Origin: Bacteriovoracaceae bacterium
GTDB lineage: Bacteria > Bdellovibrionota > Bacteriovoracia > Bacteriovoracales > Bacteriovoracaceae
DNA length: 64,000 nucleotides
NCBI GenBank assembly: GCA_947451425.1
Contig: CANGAC010000001.1
Span: forward strand, 482 to 64,481
Direction of reading: 5' to 3'
The position numbers and the translations under genes are program-made. The notes under the pieces are model-generated. The model did no database searches. It was not told the origin of the DNA and saw only the letters and a program-made list of their open reading frames with translations. Shown one piece after another: positions 9,803-18,734 of the stretch (the first letter of the stretch is position 1; each line of letters opens with the position of its first letter).

Positions 9803-10905
9803 AACTTATAGCATTTTTTATTTTGATATCTAATATCCTCATCTTGAAAGCCTTCTGTGCTACTGGGCAAATTGGGTATGGATCATCAACCTCCTCTCTT
9901 ACGTCAAAGAACCAAGAAAACATTTTCATGGCATTTGAATTTGGACTTATTGAAAGTTTAGGCGAAGAAAGAACTACAAAGATATTAGTTAGAAATCAGG
10001 ATAATTCGGGCTCTAAAATTGGTGCTATTAAAGTTGCGAATGAATTATTAAATCAAAATGTCGCTGCACTTTTTGGGTTCTCTGGAAGTCATGATTCAGT
10101 ATTGGTTGGGAAGTTAGTTTCTGGGAAAAATATTTTAACAATCGTACCAGGGTCAATGCATAACGACTTAGCAAGTTTTGGGGATGCTTTCTATACAACT
10201 GGCCATTCAATGGATTTAGAAGTTCAGAATACAATTGAGTTCATTGATAGAACATTCCCTAAGGCAAGAGGCGCGGTAATAATTAATCGTTATGCAGTTG
10301 CCTCTTCCAGTGCTGAGAAAATATTAATCGAAAAGCATTTAAATAACCCAAGAATAAGTTTGAAATTAATGTATCTCAACAAAGATTTAAATTTAGACGA
10401 AGTAGATCTCAAGTTTCTGAGAGATGGCAAATTTAATTTCTTGTATTTTACGGCTTACCCTGAGGCAATGGTAAACTTTGCTAATCAATTGGAGAAATCG
10501 AATATCGATATTCCCGTTGTGGCAGCGTCGAGTTGGGGACTAGGAGATTCCGATCTTTTAAGAAGATTCATTGTAAATAAAAAATCTCCACTGTATTTCT
10601 CCACGGATTGGATTATTCACAGTAAAGAATCTAAGCATTTTACGAATATTTTCAAGCTTAAATTTGGAAAAGAACCGTCACCAGAAAATGCTCTTGGGTA
10701 TGACCTTGGGAAAATAGTTGGTGAAACAATCAGTAGAGTGGAAGGTAGTATGACTAGAGCTTCTGTTTTAAAGGCGTTCAAAAAAAATCTTTGTTTTGAG
10801 CGCTTGTCTGTTGGGCGTTTATGCTTCATGGAGACAGGTGGTCATTCCAGTATAAAACCCGTATTTTACCAATTCAAAAGTGATAAAAGCCTTCGGATTC
10901 AATGA
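9763..10905 (+). CDS. Periplasmic binding protein, LivK/branched-chain amino acid type (start uncertain)
   Basis: N-terminal hydrophobic stretch; 'A..LL.QNVAALFG..GS', 'F...FGKEP...ALGYD' typical of type I PBP fold. Confidence 0.8.
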   Translation: MDFKKNFQKASILKLIAFFILISNILILKAFCATGQIGYGSSTSSLTSKNQENIFMAFEFGLIESLGEERTTKILVRNQDNSGSKIGAIKVANELLNQNVAALFGFSGSHDSVLVGKLVSGKNILTIVPGSMHNDLASFGDAFYTTGHSMDLEVQNTIEFIDRTFPKARGAVIINRYAVASSSAEKILIEKHLNNPRISLKLMYLNKDLNLDEVDLKFLRDGKFNFLYFTAYPEAMVNFANQLEKSNIDIPVVAASSWGLGDSDLLRRFIVNKKSPLYFSTDWIIHSKESKHFTNIFKLKFGKEPSPENALGYDLGKIVGETISRVEGSMTRASVLKAFKKNLCFERLSVGRLCFMETGGHSSIKPVFYQFKSDKSLRIQ

Positions 10906-12185
10906 GAGTAATGACTAAGGTTAAATACACCCTTTTAAAAAAGCTCTTGTTGATGCAAGTTACTGTTGTTCTTCTCGGAGCAATTGCGATCTCATCAACA
11001 TTTCTTCTGTCTTCATTTATGATTGCGAGAAGCGATCTTGAAAATGAAAAAAAACAGATTGCCTCATATCTATTATTAAGGGCAGATGAGTGGACTGCAT
11101 GGCACCAAGTAGGAATGACGAACTTATTATCTGAAGAGATGAATGAGTTTCAGAATCAAAATAGATTAAAGTCGATCAGATTTGTTTCTTCGCAAGATCC
11201 TGTGTCGAAAAAGCCTAATGAGCAAGATTTAGTTATTCAGATTCTGCCAGATCTTTGGATCCAAGTCGAACTAGAGAAGCAAAATCTTCTTCAGCTATTC
11301 TGGAAACAAAAAAACGTCGTTTATTCAATGTTGATACTTACTTTTTTTTTCTTGTCTGTTTCTTACTTCTCTTTCGTTTATTTAAGGAAGAAAGTTCACC
11401 AACCGATAGTTCAGCTAATTGATTCAATGAAAGGCAACATGAGCGGAGTAAGAGACGTCTCTAAAAGAATTATTGCAACCGACGAAATGAGAGTTTTCGT
11501 AGATGAAATTAGCTCTCTATTTGAAAGAATAAAAACAATGGAAAGAACTTCAGCGTTGGGCGTAATTACTGCACAAGTTACTCATGACTTAATGTCTCCG
11601 ATTTCCTCGCTGGAAGTTTTTCTTGAGAATAGCTCCATTTTGGATGATGAGAAGGAGCTGCTTAGTCTTTCTGTTTCAAGAATTAAAAATATAGCTGCTG
11701 ACTTATTGGAAAGAAATAGGAATGTGAATGGAAGGTTTTCAGGGATTAAAAAGAATATTGATGAACTTATTGTTTTAAAAAACGCTGAGTTCTCAAAGTG
11801 CAACTTTAATATTATTTGTGAAATTGACGGACTTACAGGGGAAGAAGCAATTCCACTTTCTGGTCTTGAGTTCCAGAGGATGGTTTCAAATCTTATTAAT
11901 AATGCATATGAGTCTTATGAGGGGAAAGGCGGAGTGGTGAAGATCAAAATATCCAAAATCGAAAGCAGAATTAATATAAGGATTATAGATTTTGGGAAAG
12001 GTATGGCGAAAGAAATATTAGCCGATATAGGCAACTTTGGAACATCCTTTGGTAAAGCAAAGGGTTCCGGGATCGGTATTTATAGTGCCAAGGAGTTAGT
12101 TAATTCAATTGGAGGGGAGTTGAATATAACTTCAATTAGAGGCGATGGGACTGAAATTTCAATTAGTTTACCTTATCAAATTTAA
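10902..12185 (+). CDS. Membrane sensor histidine kinase
   Basis: Two TMs; H-box 'VTHDLMSP', N-box 'NLINNAYES', G1 'DFGKGM', G2 'GSGIG'; ATGA overlap with PBP gene. Confidence 0.92.
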   Translation: MRVMTKVKYTLLKKLLLMQVTVVLLGAIAISSTFLLSSFMIARSDLENEKKQIASYLLLRADEWTAWHQVGMTNLLSEEMNEFQNQNRLKSIRFVSSQDPVSKKPNEQDLVIQILPDLWIQVELEKQNLLQLFWKQKNVVYSMLILTFFFLSVSYFSFVYLRKKVHQPIVQLIDSMKGNMSGVRDVSKRIIATDEMRVFVDEISSLFERIKTMERTSALGVITAQVTHDLMSPISSLEVFLENSSILDDEKELLSLSVSRIKNIAADLLERNRNVNGRFSGIKKNIDELIVLKNAEFSKCNFNIICEIDGLTGEEAIPLSGLEFQRMVSNLINNAYESYEGKGGVVKIKISKIESRINIRIIDFGKGMAKEILADIGNFGTSFGKAKGSGIGIYSAKELVNSIGGELNITSIRGDGTEISISLPYQI

Positions 12186-13173
12186 CTAATTGATAATATC
12201 CAACGTTCGAATCTACATTCGCAAATTTGAACCCAGCCTGCTCCAAAAGTTTTTGTAATCTCTTAAGAGTGAATTGTGAAGAGTTGTGATTTGCTGCCAT
12301 TAGTAAATTGAAAATGCAGGTAAAGGTCGGCGAAGTTTCACCTTCATCTAATAAGCACTCATGAATATATAATGAACATTTATCTTCAGAGTCTCTATGT
12401 ATATTCATTAAGATTTTTAAACATTCGTCTTCGGGCCAATCATGAAGGATATTACTTAAAAGATAAATATTTCCTTTAGGAATTGAATCAAAAAAGTTGC
12501 CTGGTATTAATGAAATCCTTTCAGTTATAAGAGTCCTTCTGATAATCTCCTTAGTTGTCTCGAGAACCTCAGGTAAATCAAAAACCTCGACAGTAATATG
12601 AGAATTCATATTGCATAATTCAATAGCCCACGCCCCCGATCCCCCTCCAATATCAATTAGTTTCTTATGATTTGATATCGAACTATTTTGAGCATGATAA
12701 TTGGCTGGATAAGCCATCATGGAGTCCATCACATATGTAAAAGCTTTTGCAGTTTCTTTATCTATCGAGCCTGCCTGCCACATGTTGGTAATTACTTGAC
12801 CTCTGTACTCCAAAGCTGCTGTGCCTTTCTGCAATGCTTGCTTAAACCTTTGGAGGATTTCTGGATGCGCCTTCCTTAAAAATTCATTTCCTTGATAATA
12901 ACGGCTTTGTTTTAACAGGAAGTTTTTCGATTTTTCGTTTAAGTAATATATATCTGATTCACATTTCAAAAGATTAAGGCTTTCGAGCGCTTTCAATAAT
13001 GCACTTGAGACATGCCTATTTAAATTCAAAGATAAGGCGAGTAACTCTGACGATGAAGGTTCGTCCTTTAGAAATTCAAATATCCCTAGATCTACCGCAC
13101 ATGAAATTGAGGCAAATTTTGCTGAAGCAATATAATAGTTTTCAAATTCTAGGTAATCTTCCGTGTTTGACAT
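12163..13173 (-). CDS. SAM-dependent small-molecule O-/N-methyltransferase (Methyltransf_2; PhzM/ASMT-like)
   Basis: N-terminal dimerisation domain 'AVDLGIFEFL'; 'LIDIGGGSG', 'FDLPEV', 'GNFF', 'ILHDW'; start placed at ATG 13173. Confidence 0.9.
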   Translation of the reverse strand: MSNTEDYLEFENYYIASAKFASISCAVDLGIFEFLKDEPSSSELLALSLNLNRHVSSALLKALESLNLLKCESDIYYLNEKSKNFLLKQSRYYQGNEFLRKAHPEILQRFKQALQKGTAALEYRGQVITNMWQAGSIDKETAKAFTYVMDSMMAYPANYHAQNSSISNHKKLIDIGGGSGAWAIELCNMNSHITVEVFDLPEVLETTKEIIRRTLITERISLIPGNFFDSIPKGNIYLLSNILHDWPEDECLKILMNIHRDSEDKCSLYIHECLLDEGETSPTFTCIFNLLMAANHNSSQFTLKRLQKLLEQAGFKFANVDSNVGYYQLVKFDKVN

Positions 13174-13217
13174 ACTATTATAATATCCCAACGGGTTAAA
13201 TTTTTGGTTTAAATTTT

Positions 13218-14150
13218 ATGAAAAAATGGATTTCGTCTAGACCTTTTGCATGCTTCATGATTTTTGCAATTCTGATAGCGGCAAGGGATTCTTTCTCACA
13301 GCTTCTTCTTGATCAAAATATAGATCCCTTTTTCATGGTTTTCTGCTTCTTTTCAATAACATCCGTACTGGCGTTTGCTTACGGCAAAATTTTCAAACTA
13401 AAAACTATTCCATTGGCGGAGAATTTCAAAGAGAAGGCTCTCCTAGGGGTAATAACTTGTAGTGCATTTCTATTAACACTTTTTGGAATAAAATTAATTG
13501 GTGCTTCGATTTTTAGTTTGGTTGAGCATTGCTTGATACCTATCTCTACATTTTTCCTAGCCGTTCATTTGTTAAAAGATAATGCAAGTAAATCAATGTA
13601 CGTTGGAATTATCATTTCAGTTGTTAGTGTTTTACTTTTCCTATTCGCCATTAATGATTACGAATTTATTGTTTTTAAAAAGGATTGGATTGCAGGGATT
13701 TTAATTGCTGTACTCTGCTCTTTATTAACTTCTATATCTTCAATATTTCAAAAGAAGTTGCTTTTAAAGAATCATGAGCCCTACCAGGTTTTGCTAGCTC
13801 GCTTTACTTTACCCTCTGCTATGGTATTTGTTTTCCTTTTACTAAAAGGTGTTGAGATTCCTGGATTTGTAAATGTACTGAAGATCGTAATAATCAGTAT
13901 TTTCTTTTTTTCTTTGCCTCTTTTGCTCTTGCTTCAAGGATTTGTCAGATCCTCTATGGCAAGGTTTTCGATTTTTAATATCCTAATTCCTTCATTTACT
14001 TTTCTTTTTAACTCTCTGTTGTTTGATAATGAATTTTCTAAATGGTCGAATCGATGGGTTTTACTTGGAACAGCAGGAATACTTGTTGGTCATGTTATTT
14101 TTGAATGGGAAGGACTTAAGTCATTCTTGAGCAGATCTAAAAGTGGGTAG
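13218..14150 (+). CDS. EamA/DMT-family transporter
   Basis: About 10 TMs in two repeats, 310 aa; 'P..TFFLA..LLKD'. Confidence 0.75.
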   Translation: MKKWISSRPFACFMIFAILIAARDSFSQLLLDQNIDPFFMVFCFFSITSVLAFAYGKIFKLKTIPLAENFKEKALLGVITCSAFLLTLFGIKLIGASIFSLVEHCLIPISTFFLAVHLLKDNASKSMYVGIIISVVSVLLFLFAINDYEFIVFKKDWIAGILIAVLCSLLTSISSIFQKKLLLKNHEPYQVLLARFTLPSAMVFVFLLLKGVEIPGFVNVLKIVIISIFFFSLPLLLLLQGFVRSSMARFSIFNILIPSFTFLFNSLLFDNEFSKWSNRWVLLGTAGILVGHVIFEWEGLKSFLSRSKSG

Positions 14151-14151
14151 C

Positions 14152-14958
14152 ATGAATAATTTAGTTTTTGAGACATCTAGCTTAGAATCTAAAGCTCTCG
14201 AAGCTTTATTCAATGATGAGATCTACGTGTTGGTAGTTAGAAATTACGTTCGAGGTGAGTTGAGTCGAAAATATGGAGAAATTATTTTTTCCTCTGACGA
14301 ACTAGAGAAATATTATTATGAAGTATCAGATTCCGGCGAAAGGAAGAGTCTTTTCTTAGGAGTAAGTCGGTACGGAGTTTCCTTTAGTACAACTTTTGGA
14401 AGACCAGAAAACAGTCCTGAAAAACAAAAATATTATATTTCCGCTCTTCCAAATATAACTCGTATTCGTGAATTATTTGATCCTTACCTGTCTCCCATTG
14501 ATAAGTTGAGATTAGACTTAGATGAACTTTATGTTCATGGTGCGAATATAGCTCAGTTTGAAAACAAGAAAATGTTTTGTGGAATTGCACGAGTTACACA
14601 TTGTGATTTAGATCTTCAAGAAAGAAATCCTCATGTGGACTCTCTTCCCCCTGAATTTTTTCTTCAAAGGCAATTTTCGGCAAATATTTATTTATCTACT
14701 CCACCTGTTGGAGGTGATCTTATCGTTTACCCAATGAAACCTTTATCAGCGCAGGAAGTAGATGACTTTGAAGCAAATCAAAAACTTTGGTCATCAAAAT
14801 TGCCGGAAGGAATCAGAATAAAACCAAATAATGGTGACCTAATACTTATCAATACACGTAGGCCGCACGCAGTCACAAAGTTTACAGATGGTACTCGTGT
14901 TTCTTTACAGACATTTATTGGTGTAAATGAAAACAGACCCTTGCAACTTTGGTGTTAA
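14152..14958 (+). CDS. 2-oxoglutarate/Fe(II)-dependent dioxygenase (hydroxylase type)
   Basis: HxD 'PHVDS', distal His 'RPHAV', Arg 'GTRVS', 'NIYL..P..GGDL', 'GDLILIN'. Confidence 0.85.
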   Translation: MNNLVFETSSLESKALEALFNDEIYVLVVRNYVRGELSRKYGEIIFSSDELEKYYYEVSDSGERKSLFLGVSRYGVSFSTTFGRPENSPEKQKYYISALPNITRIRELFDPYLSPIDKLRLDLDELYVHGANIAQFENKKMFCGIARVTHCDLDLQERNPHVDSLPPEFFLQRQFSANIYLSTPPVGGDLIVYPMKPLSAQEVDDFEANQKLWSSKLPEGIRIKPNNGDLILINTRRPHAVTKFTDGTRVSLQTFIGVNENRPLQLWC

Positions 14959-15020
14959 CACTAAATTTTTAAGGAGCTTATTTTTTTGATCTTATAATGA
15001 AAGATTAGTAGCCTTTTTTT

Positions 15021-16385
15021 ATGAAAATCTTAGTCTTACTTCTGATTACTTCAATTGCATTTGCCCAAAGTCGCCAAGAGCGCGCCACCACCGCCGCTGA
15101 CGCTTTCTTAAATCTCAACTTCTACTACAAGGGTAGAGGGATGTCGGTTTCTCCGGATCTCATCAAGCTCTACGATTCGCTTAATAAAATGGGTCTCAGC
15201 ACGGGTGAACTAGGTCCGCTCTATCAGCGCTGGGGAATGGTTGTTCAGAAGAGCGGTAATGTTCGTGGGCTTTTCAGTGAGCCGTATGAAGGCATGCAGG
15301 TGGGAGTGCTTGGATGTGTTGCTTGTCACGGTGGTAAGGCCGCTGGTCAGTACATCGTGGGTCTCGGAAATAAAAATATCGACGTTGGTCAGATTGGATC
15401 TGATGCAGTTCTGGCCATGAAAATGTGGGGAGCGCTCCCTCACCGGAATCCGAAGTTTAAAGAACTCCATGAGCGCGCTCTGAGCTTTACGAAAGGCCTT
15501 TCGGATCCAAAGATTACGAACCACACTCAAGGCTTAGTTCCTACAAGCTTCATTCGCTCTTGGTTTTATAAAGTTAAGGGTGAACCGATTCCGCAGGATT
15601 TCCTGAAAGGGCTCGTGAAAGTTCCACATCTCTGGGGATACGGCGAGAAAAAGAAATCTGGGTTAACCTGGGGTGGGGAAGGAAATGGAGACCTCGGGGG
15701 CTGGATTCCTGCGATTGAACTCTCTGCGGGTCAATCAGTTGAGAACGTTCGCGAATACTTCGGCGAAAAAGTTAAACACACAGAAGAAATTTTTGAATCC
15801 TTTCTTCCTCCGAAATATCCTTTTGCAGTTGATGCAACGAAAGCGGCAAATGGTGAAAAGATTTTCGTGAAATCCTGTCAGGGCTGTCACGGAACATACA
15901 ATCGCGATTTCGAAGGGCTTCCGATATACGATTCTCCGAAACTCGTTCCATTAAGAGTTGTGAAGACTGATTCAGATCGCCTGGACGCCATGAATGATGA
16001 TCTCATTCAGCACATCGATACCAATCCTCTCAACGAATACATTCAAGTCTGGAAACATGCTGAGCCTGGATATGTAGCACCGAAATTGTGGGGAATTTGG
16101 GCCCGATTCCCGTACCTGCATAACATGTCAGTGCCGACCGTTTACGATCTCCTGAGCGATCCTGCGACTCGTCCTAAGCAGTTCTCAATGAAGAACGCGG
16201 GAGAAAGAGATCGCTTTGATGAAGTAAGACTTGGTCTCACAATCATCAAGAAGGATTCCTGGAAGAGACGTCTTTACGATACGACTCGCAAAGGGAGTTC
16301 GAATCAGGGGCATTACTTCGAGTCGTTTAAAACATTTACTCATGAGAATAAACTCGAGCTTATCGAGTATCTGAAGACGCTTTAA
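15021..16385 (+). CDS. Exported dihaem c-type cytochrome, RoxA/MauG-like
   Basis: Signal peptide; CVACH and CQGCH; 'YVAPKLWGIWARFPYLHNMSVPT'; 'SNQGH', 'LIEYLKTL'. Confidence 0.85.
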   Translation: MKILVLLLITSIAFAQSRQERATTAADAFLNLNFYYKGRGMSVSPDLIKLYDSLNKMGLSTGELGPLYQRWGMVVQKSGNVRGLFSEPYEGMQVGVLGCVACHGGKAAGQYIVGLGNKNIDVGQIGSDAVLAMKMWGALPHRNPKFKELHERALSFTKGLSDPKITNHTQGLVPTSFIRSWFYKVKGEPIPQDFLKGLVKVPHLWGYGEKKKSGLTWGGEGNGDLGGWIPAIELSAGQSVENVREYFGEKVKHTEEIFESFLPPKYPFAVDATKAANGEKIFVKSCQGCHGTYNRDFEGLPIYDSPKLVPLRVVKTDSDRLDAMNDDLIQHIDTNPLNEYIQVWKHAEPGYVAPKLWGIWARFPYLHNMSVPTVYDLLSDPATRPKQFSMKNAGERDRFDEVRLGLTIIKKDSWKRRLYDTTRKGSSNQGHYFESFKTFTHENKLELIEYLKTL

Positions 16386-16696
16386 GCTGCCAAAGCATGC
16401 AATAAGGCAGCGACAGTTGAAAGTTCAGGGTTAAAAGTTTTCTTGGGATCGATTATATCGTATAGAGTTCTACGACCTAAGCCCGATTTTTTTGCGAGAT
16501 TCATCTTATTTACCGTCATAAGATGAACAATTAAAACGTCTCTAAATGATTCTAGATCGTTCATCATTAAGCACTCAACCAGCGCCTGACTAACAATTTT
16601 AATGTCTTTAAAATCAGGATCGGAGAAAGGAATAATTTCCTTCAATAATACTGGTTTTGATTTTTTGAGCTTTTTTGATGTCTTTGTCTTGGCCAT
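16382..16696 (-). CDS. HTH antitoxin (HI1420/HigA-like addiction module antidote)
   Basis: 'LAKKSGLGRRTLY.....NPELSTV..LL.AL'; GGAGG RBS before ATG 16696. Confidence 0.8.
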   Translation of the reverse strand: MAKTKTSKKLKKSKPVLLKEIIPFSDPDFKDIKIVSQALVECLMMNDLESFRDVLIVHLMTVNKMNLAKKSGLGRRTLYDIIDPKKTFNPELSTVAALLHALAA

Positions 16697-16922
16697 TCTT
16701 ATTTCCTCCGAACAAAACAACTATAATTAAATCTTTCCAATGGAATGCATAAACTCTATTTCCATTAAGCCATCGTAATTCAATCAAGCCATCAAAACGC
16801 TTATGGTCTCCAAAGTGAGCAATGGCCATTCGCTGGACTCGAGCGAAGATTATTTTTTGAGTACTTACAGGATGGCTAGAAAGCCATTCATCAAATTCAA
16901 CAGTCCACTGAAGTCTGAAAAC
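16614..16922 (-). CDS. RelE-like toxin (HI1419/DUF891 family); start codon problematic
   Basis: 'T.EFDEWL', 'HFGDHK....LIELR...G.RVY', 'LFGGNK..QDKDIKKA'. Confidence 0.75.
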   Translation of the reverse strand, partial: VFRLQWTVEFDEWLSSHPVSTQKIIFARVQRMAIAHFGDHKRFDGLIELRWLNGNRVYAFHWKDLIIVVLFGGNKNGQDKDIKKAQKIKTSIIEGNYSFLRS

Positions 16923-16928
16923 CTGCTC

Positions 16929-16957
16929 ATTGTACGGTATACCGCTCATTTTTTCAA
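16929..16957 (-). promoter_or_regulatory. sigma70 promoter of the TA operon with operator palindrome
   Basis: TTGAAA-N17-TACAAT on minus strand; palindrome CGGTATACCG (16935-16944) in the spacer. Confidence 0.7.
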
Positions 16958-17042
16958 GCTCCCCAAATGGTGTGACAAGTCTTGGAATAAACGTCCTTAC
17001 CCGGCTAGAATGGCTTATTCGAATCAATTGGGAGCCCATAAG

Positions 17043-18734
17043 ATGTATTTTTCAGTTAGTTTGTCAGTCGTAATGGCCGTTTTCACATTTAGCGCTTTCG
17101 CTGCTACAGACCTCACCACCATCGCAGAAAAATCCGGCTGGAAACAAACCGGTCGCGCAGACGAAACTGAACGCCTCTGTCACGACTTCCAGAAATCCTA
17201 TCCATCACGAGTGAAATGCAAGGCCCTTGGAAAGACTCCCGAAGGACGAACTCTTTATTCAATGATCGTGGGGAAGCTCACTGATCCGGTCGTCTGGGTT
17301 CAGGCAGGAATTCACGCCGGAGAGATCGACGGGAAGGACGCAACGTTCTGGCTTCTGAAAGATATTCTGACAAAGAAAATTCAACCTGATCCACTGGCCG
17401 GGCTTTGCCTCGTCTTCATTCCCATCATGAACCTTGATGGGCACGAACGGTTTGCGAAGTATAATCGCCCAAATCAAGTTGGGCCGGAAGAGATGGGATG
17501 GCGGGTGACATCGCAGAACTATAATCTCAATCGCGATTACGTGAAGGTGGATGCACCTGAGATGAGGATGATCACGACCTGGTGGCGGAAAGTGAATCCG
17601 GTTCTGAGTCTGGATCTTCATGTGACAGATGGAGCTCAGTTTCAGCCGCAGGTTGGACTTGTCGTGCTTCCCACGACTGCTTTTGGGAATTCAAACTTTC
17701 ATAAGGCGGGATCTGCCTTCGAAACTGCACTCGTTGAGAAAATGAAGGCTCGCGGCCAGATGGCCCTGCCATTTTACCCAAGCTTTGAAGAAGAGGATGA
17801 TCCGAAAACAGGATTTTCACGATACGTTTCCAATCCGCGCTTCTCGCAAAGTTACTGGTATCACCAGGACCGCTTAGGAATGCTGGTGGAGTCTCACTCA
17901 TGGAAAGACTACGCCAATCGTGTGAAAACTCATTACGACACCGTTCTGTCGTCCCTGGAGGTTGCGCAGGAGCAATCGAAAGACTGGCGAATGTTCGGCA
18001 AATATAGTGTCAACGGCAGCAAGGTGGCTCTTGAGTTCAAGCACACTGATAAGCACACCATGATCGATTTTCCAGGCTACGAGTACAAGAAGATCAAGTC
18101 TCCTATCTCAGGAGTTGAGGTTATCGAATACGATCCTTCGAAAAAACAGGTTTGGAAAGTTCCGTTCTATGAGGAGCTCTCTCCCTCACTTGTAGTGACG
18201 GCACCGAAAACGGGTTACCTCATCCAGCCTTCGGAAGCGGCGATCATTTTGCCGATCCTGGATGTTCATGGAATCAAATACTCGAAAGCAAAGATCCTTC
18301 CACCGAATCCTCAGGTTTTCCGGGCGACTAAGACAGAGTTCAATCCAAAATCTCTTGAAGGCCACCACACACTAAAAGTGGAAGGGGAGTGGAATGAGGA
18401 GAAAGTGGATTTTCCGGCGGGCATGATTTTCGTTTCCATCAGCCAGCGTTCGCCGAAATTCATCCTTCATCTGTTTGAGCCGAAGGCACAGGACTCATTT
18501 TTGTCATGGGGATTCTTCAACCGATATTTCGAGCAGAAAGAGTACATGGAAAACTATGTCGCTCATCAAGTAGGGCTTGAAATGTTGAAAGACCCAAAAA
18601 TTAAAAAAGAATTTGAAGAAAAGATGAAAGATAAGGCATTCGCTGACAATTCAGAAGAACGGTATAACTTCTTTTATAGAAAACATCCTTCATGGGATGT
18701 GAAGTTTAACCGTTATCCTGTCTATAAGTTTTAA
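17043..18734 (+). CDS. Exported M14 zinc carboxypeptidase
   Basis: Signal peptide from ATG 17043; 'GIHAGE', 'NLNRD', 'DLH' zinc motifs. Confidence 0.9.
   Translation: MYFSVSLSVVMAVFTFSAFAATDLTTIAEKSGWKQTGRADETERLCHDFQKSYPSRVKCKALGKTPEGRTLYSMIVGKLTDPVVWVQAGIHAGEIDGKDATFWLLKDILTKKIQPDPLAGLCLVFIPIMNLDGHERFAKYNRPNQVGPEEMGWRVTSQNYNLNRDYVKVDAPEMRMITTWWRKVNPVLSLDLHVTDGAQFQPQVGLVVLPTTAFGNSNFHKAGSAFETALVEKMKARGQMALPFYPSFEEEDDPKTGFSRYVSNPRFSQSYWYHQDRLGMLVESHSWKDYANRVKTHYDTVLSSLEVAQEQSKDWRMFGKYSVNGSKVALEFKHTDKHTMIDFPGYEYKKIKSPISGVEVIEYDPSKKQVWKVPFYEELSPSLVVTAPKTGYLIQPSEAAIILPILDVHGIKYSKAKILPPNPQVFRATKTEFNPKSLEGHHTLKVEGEWNEEKVDFPAGMIFVSISQRSPKFILHLFEPKAQDSFLSWGFFNRYFEQKEYMENYVAHQVGLEMLKDPKIKKEFEEKMKDKAFADNSEERYNFFYRKHPSWDVKFNRYPVYKF

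Larger units (their letters stand above)
9414..15020. mobile_element. AT-rich genomic island (probable horizontal acquisition; no integrase seen)
   Basis: Abrupt compositional shift after the ugd stop: spot count 14/60 G+C at 10321-10380 versus 30/60 at 8821-8880; ACTAAATTTTT at both ends (9431, 14960). Confidence 0.7.

Noticed and set aside
14152-14958. 2OG-dependent halogenase
   Set aside because: The facial triad retains Asp (HVD); halogenases have Gly or Ala there
16803-17042. N-terminal extensions of the M14 peptidase and toxin ORFs
   Set aside because: Mutual antisense overlap; the signal peptide starts at 17043 and toxin homology at about 16922
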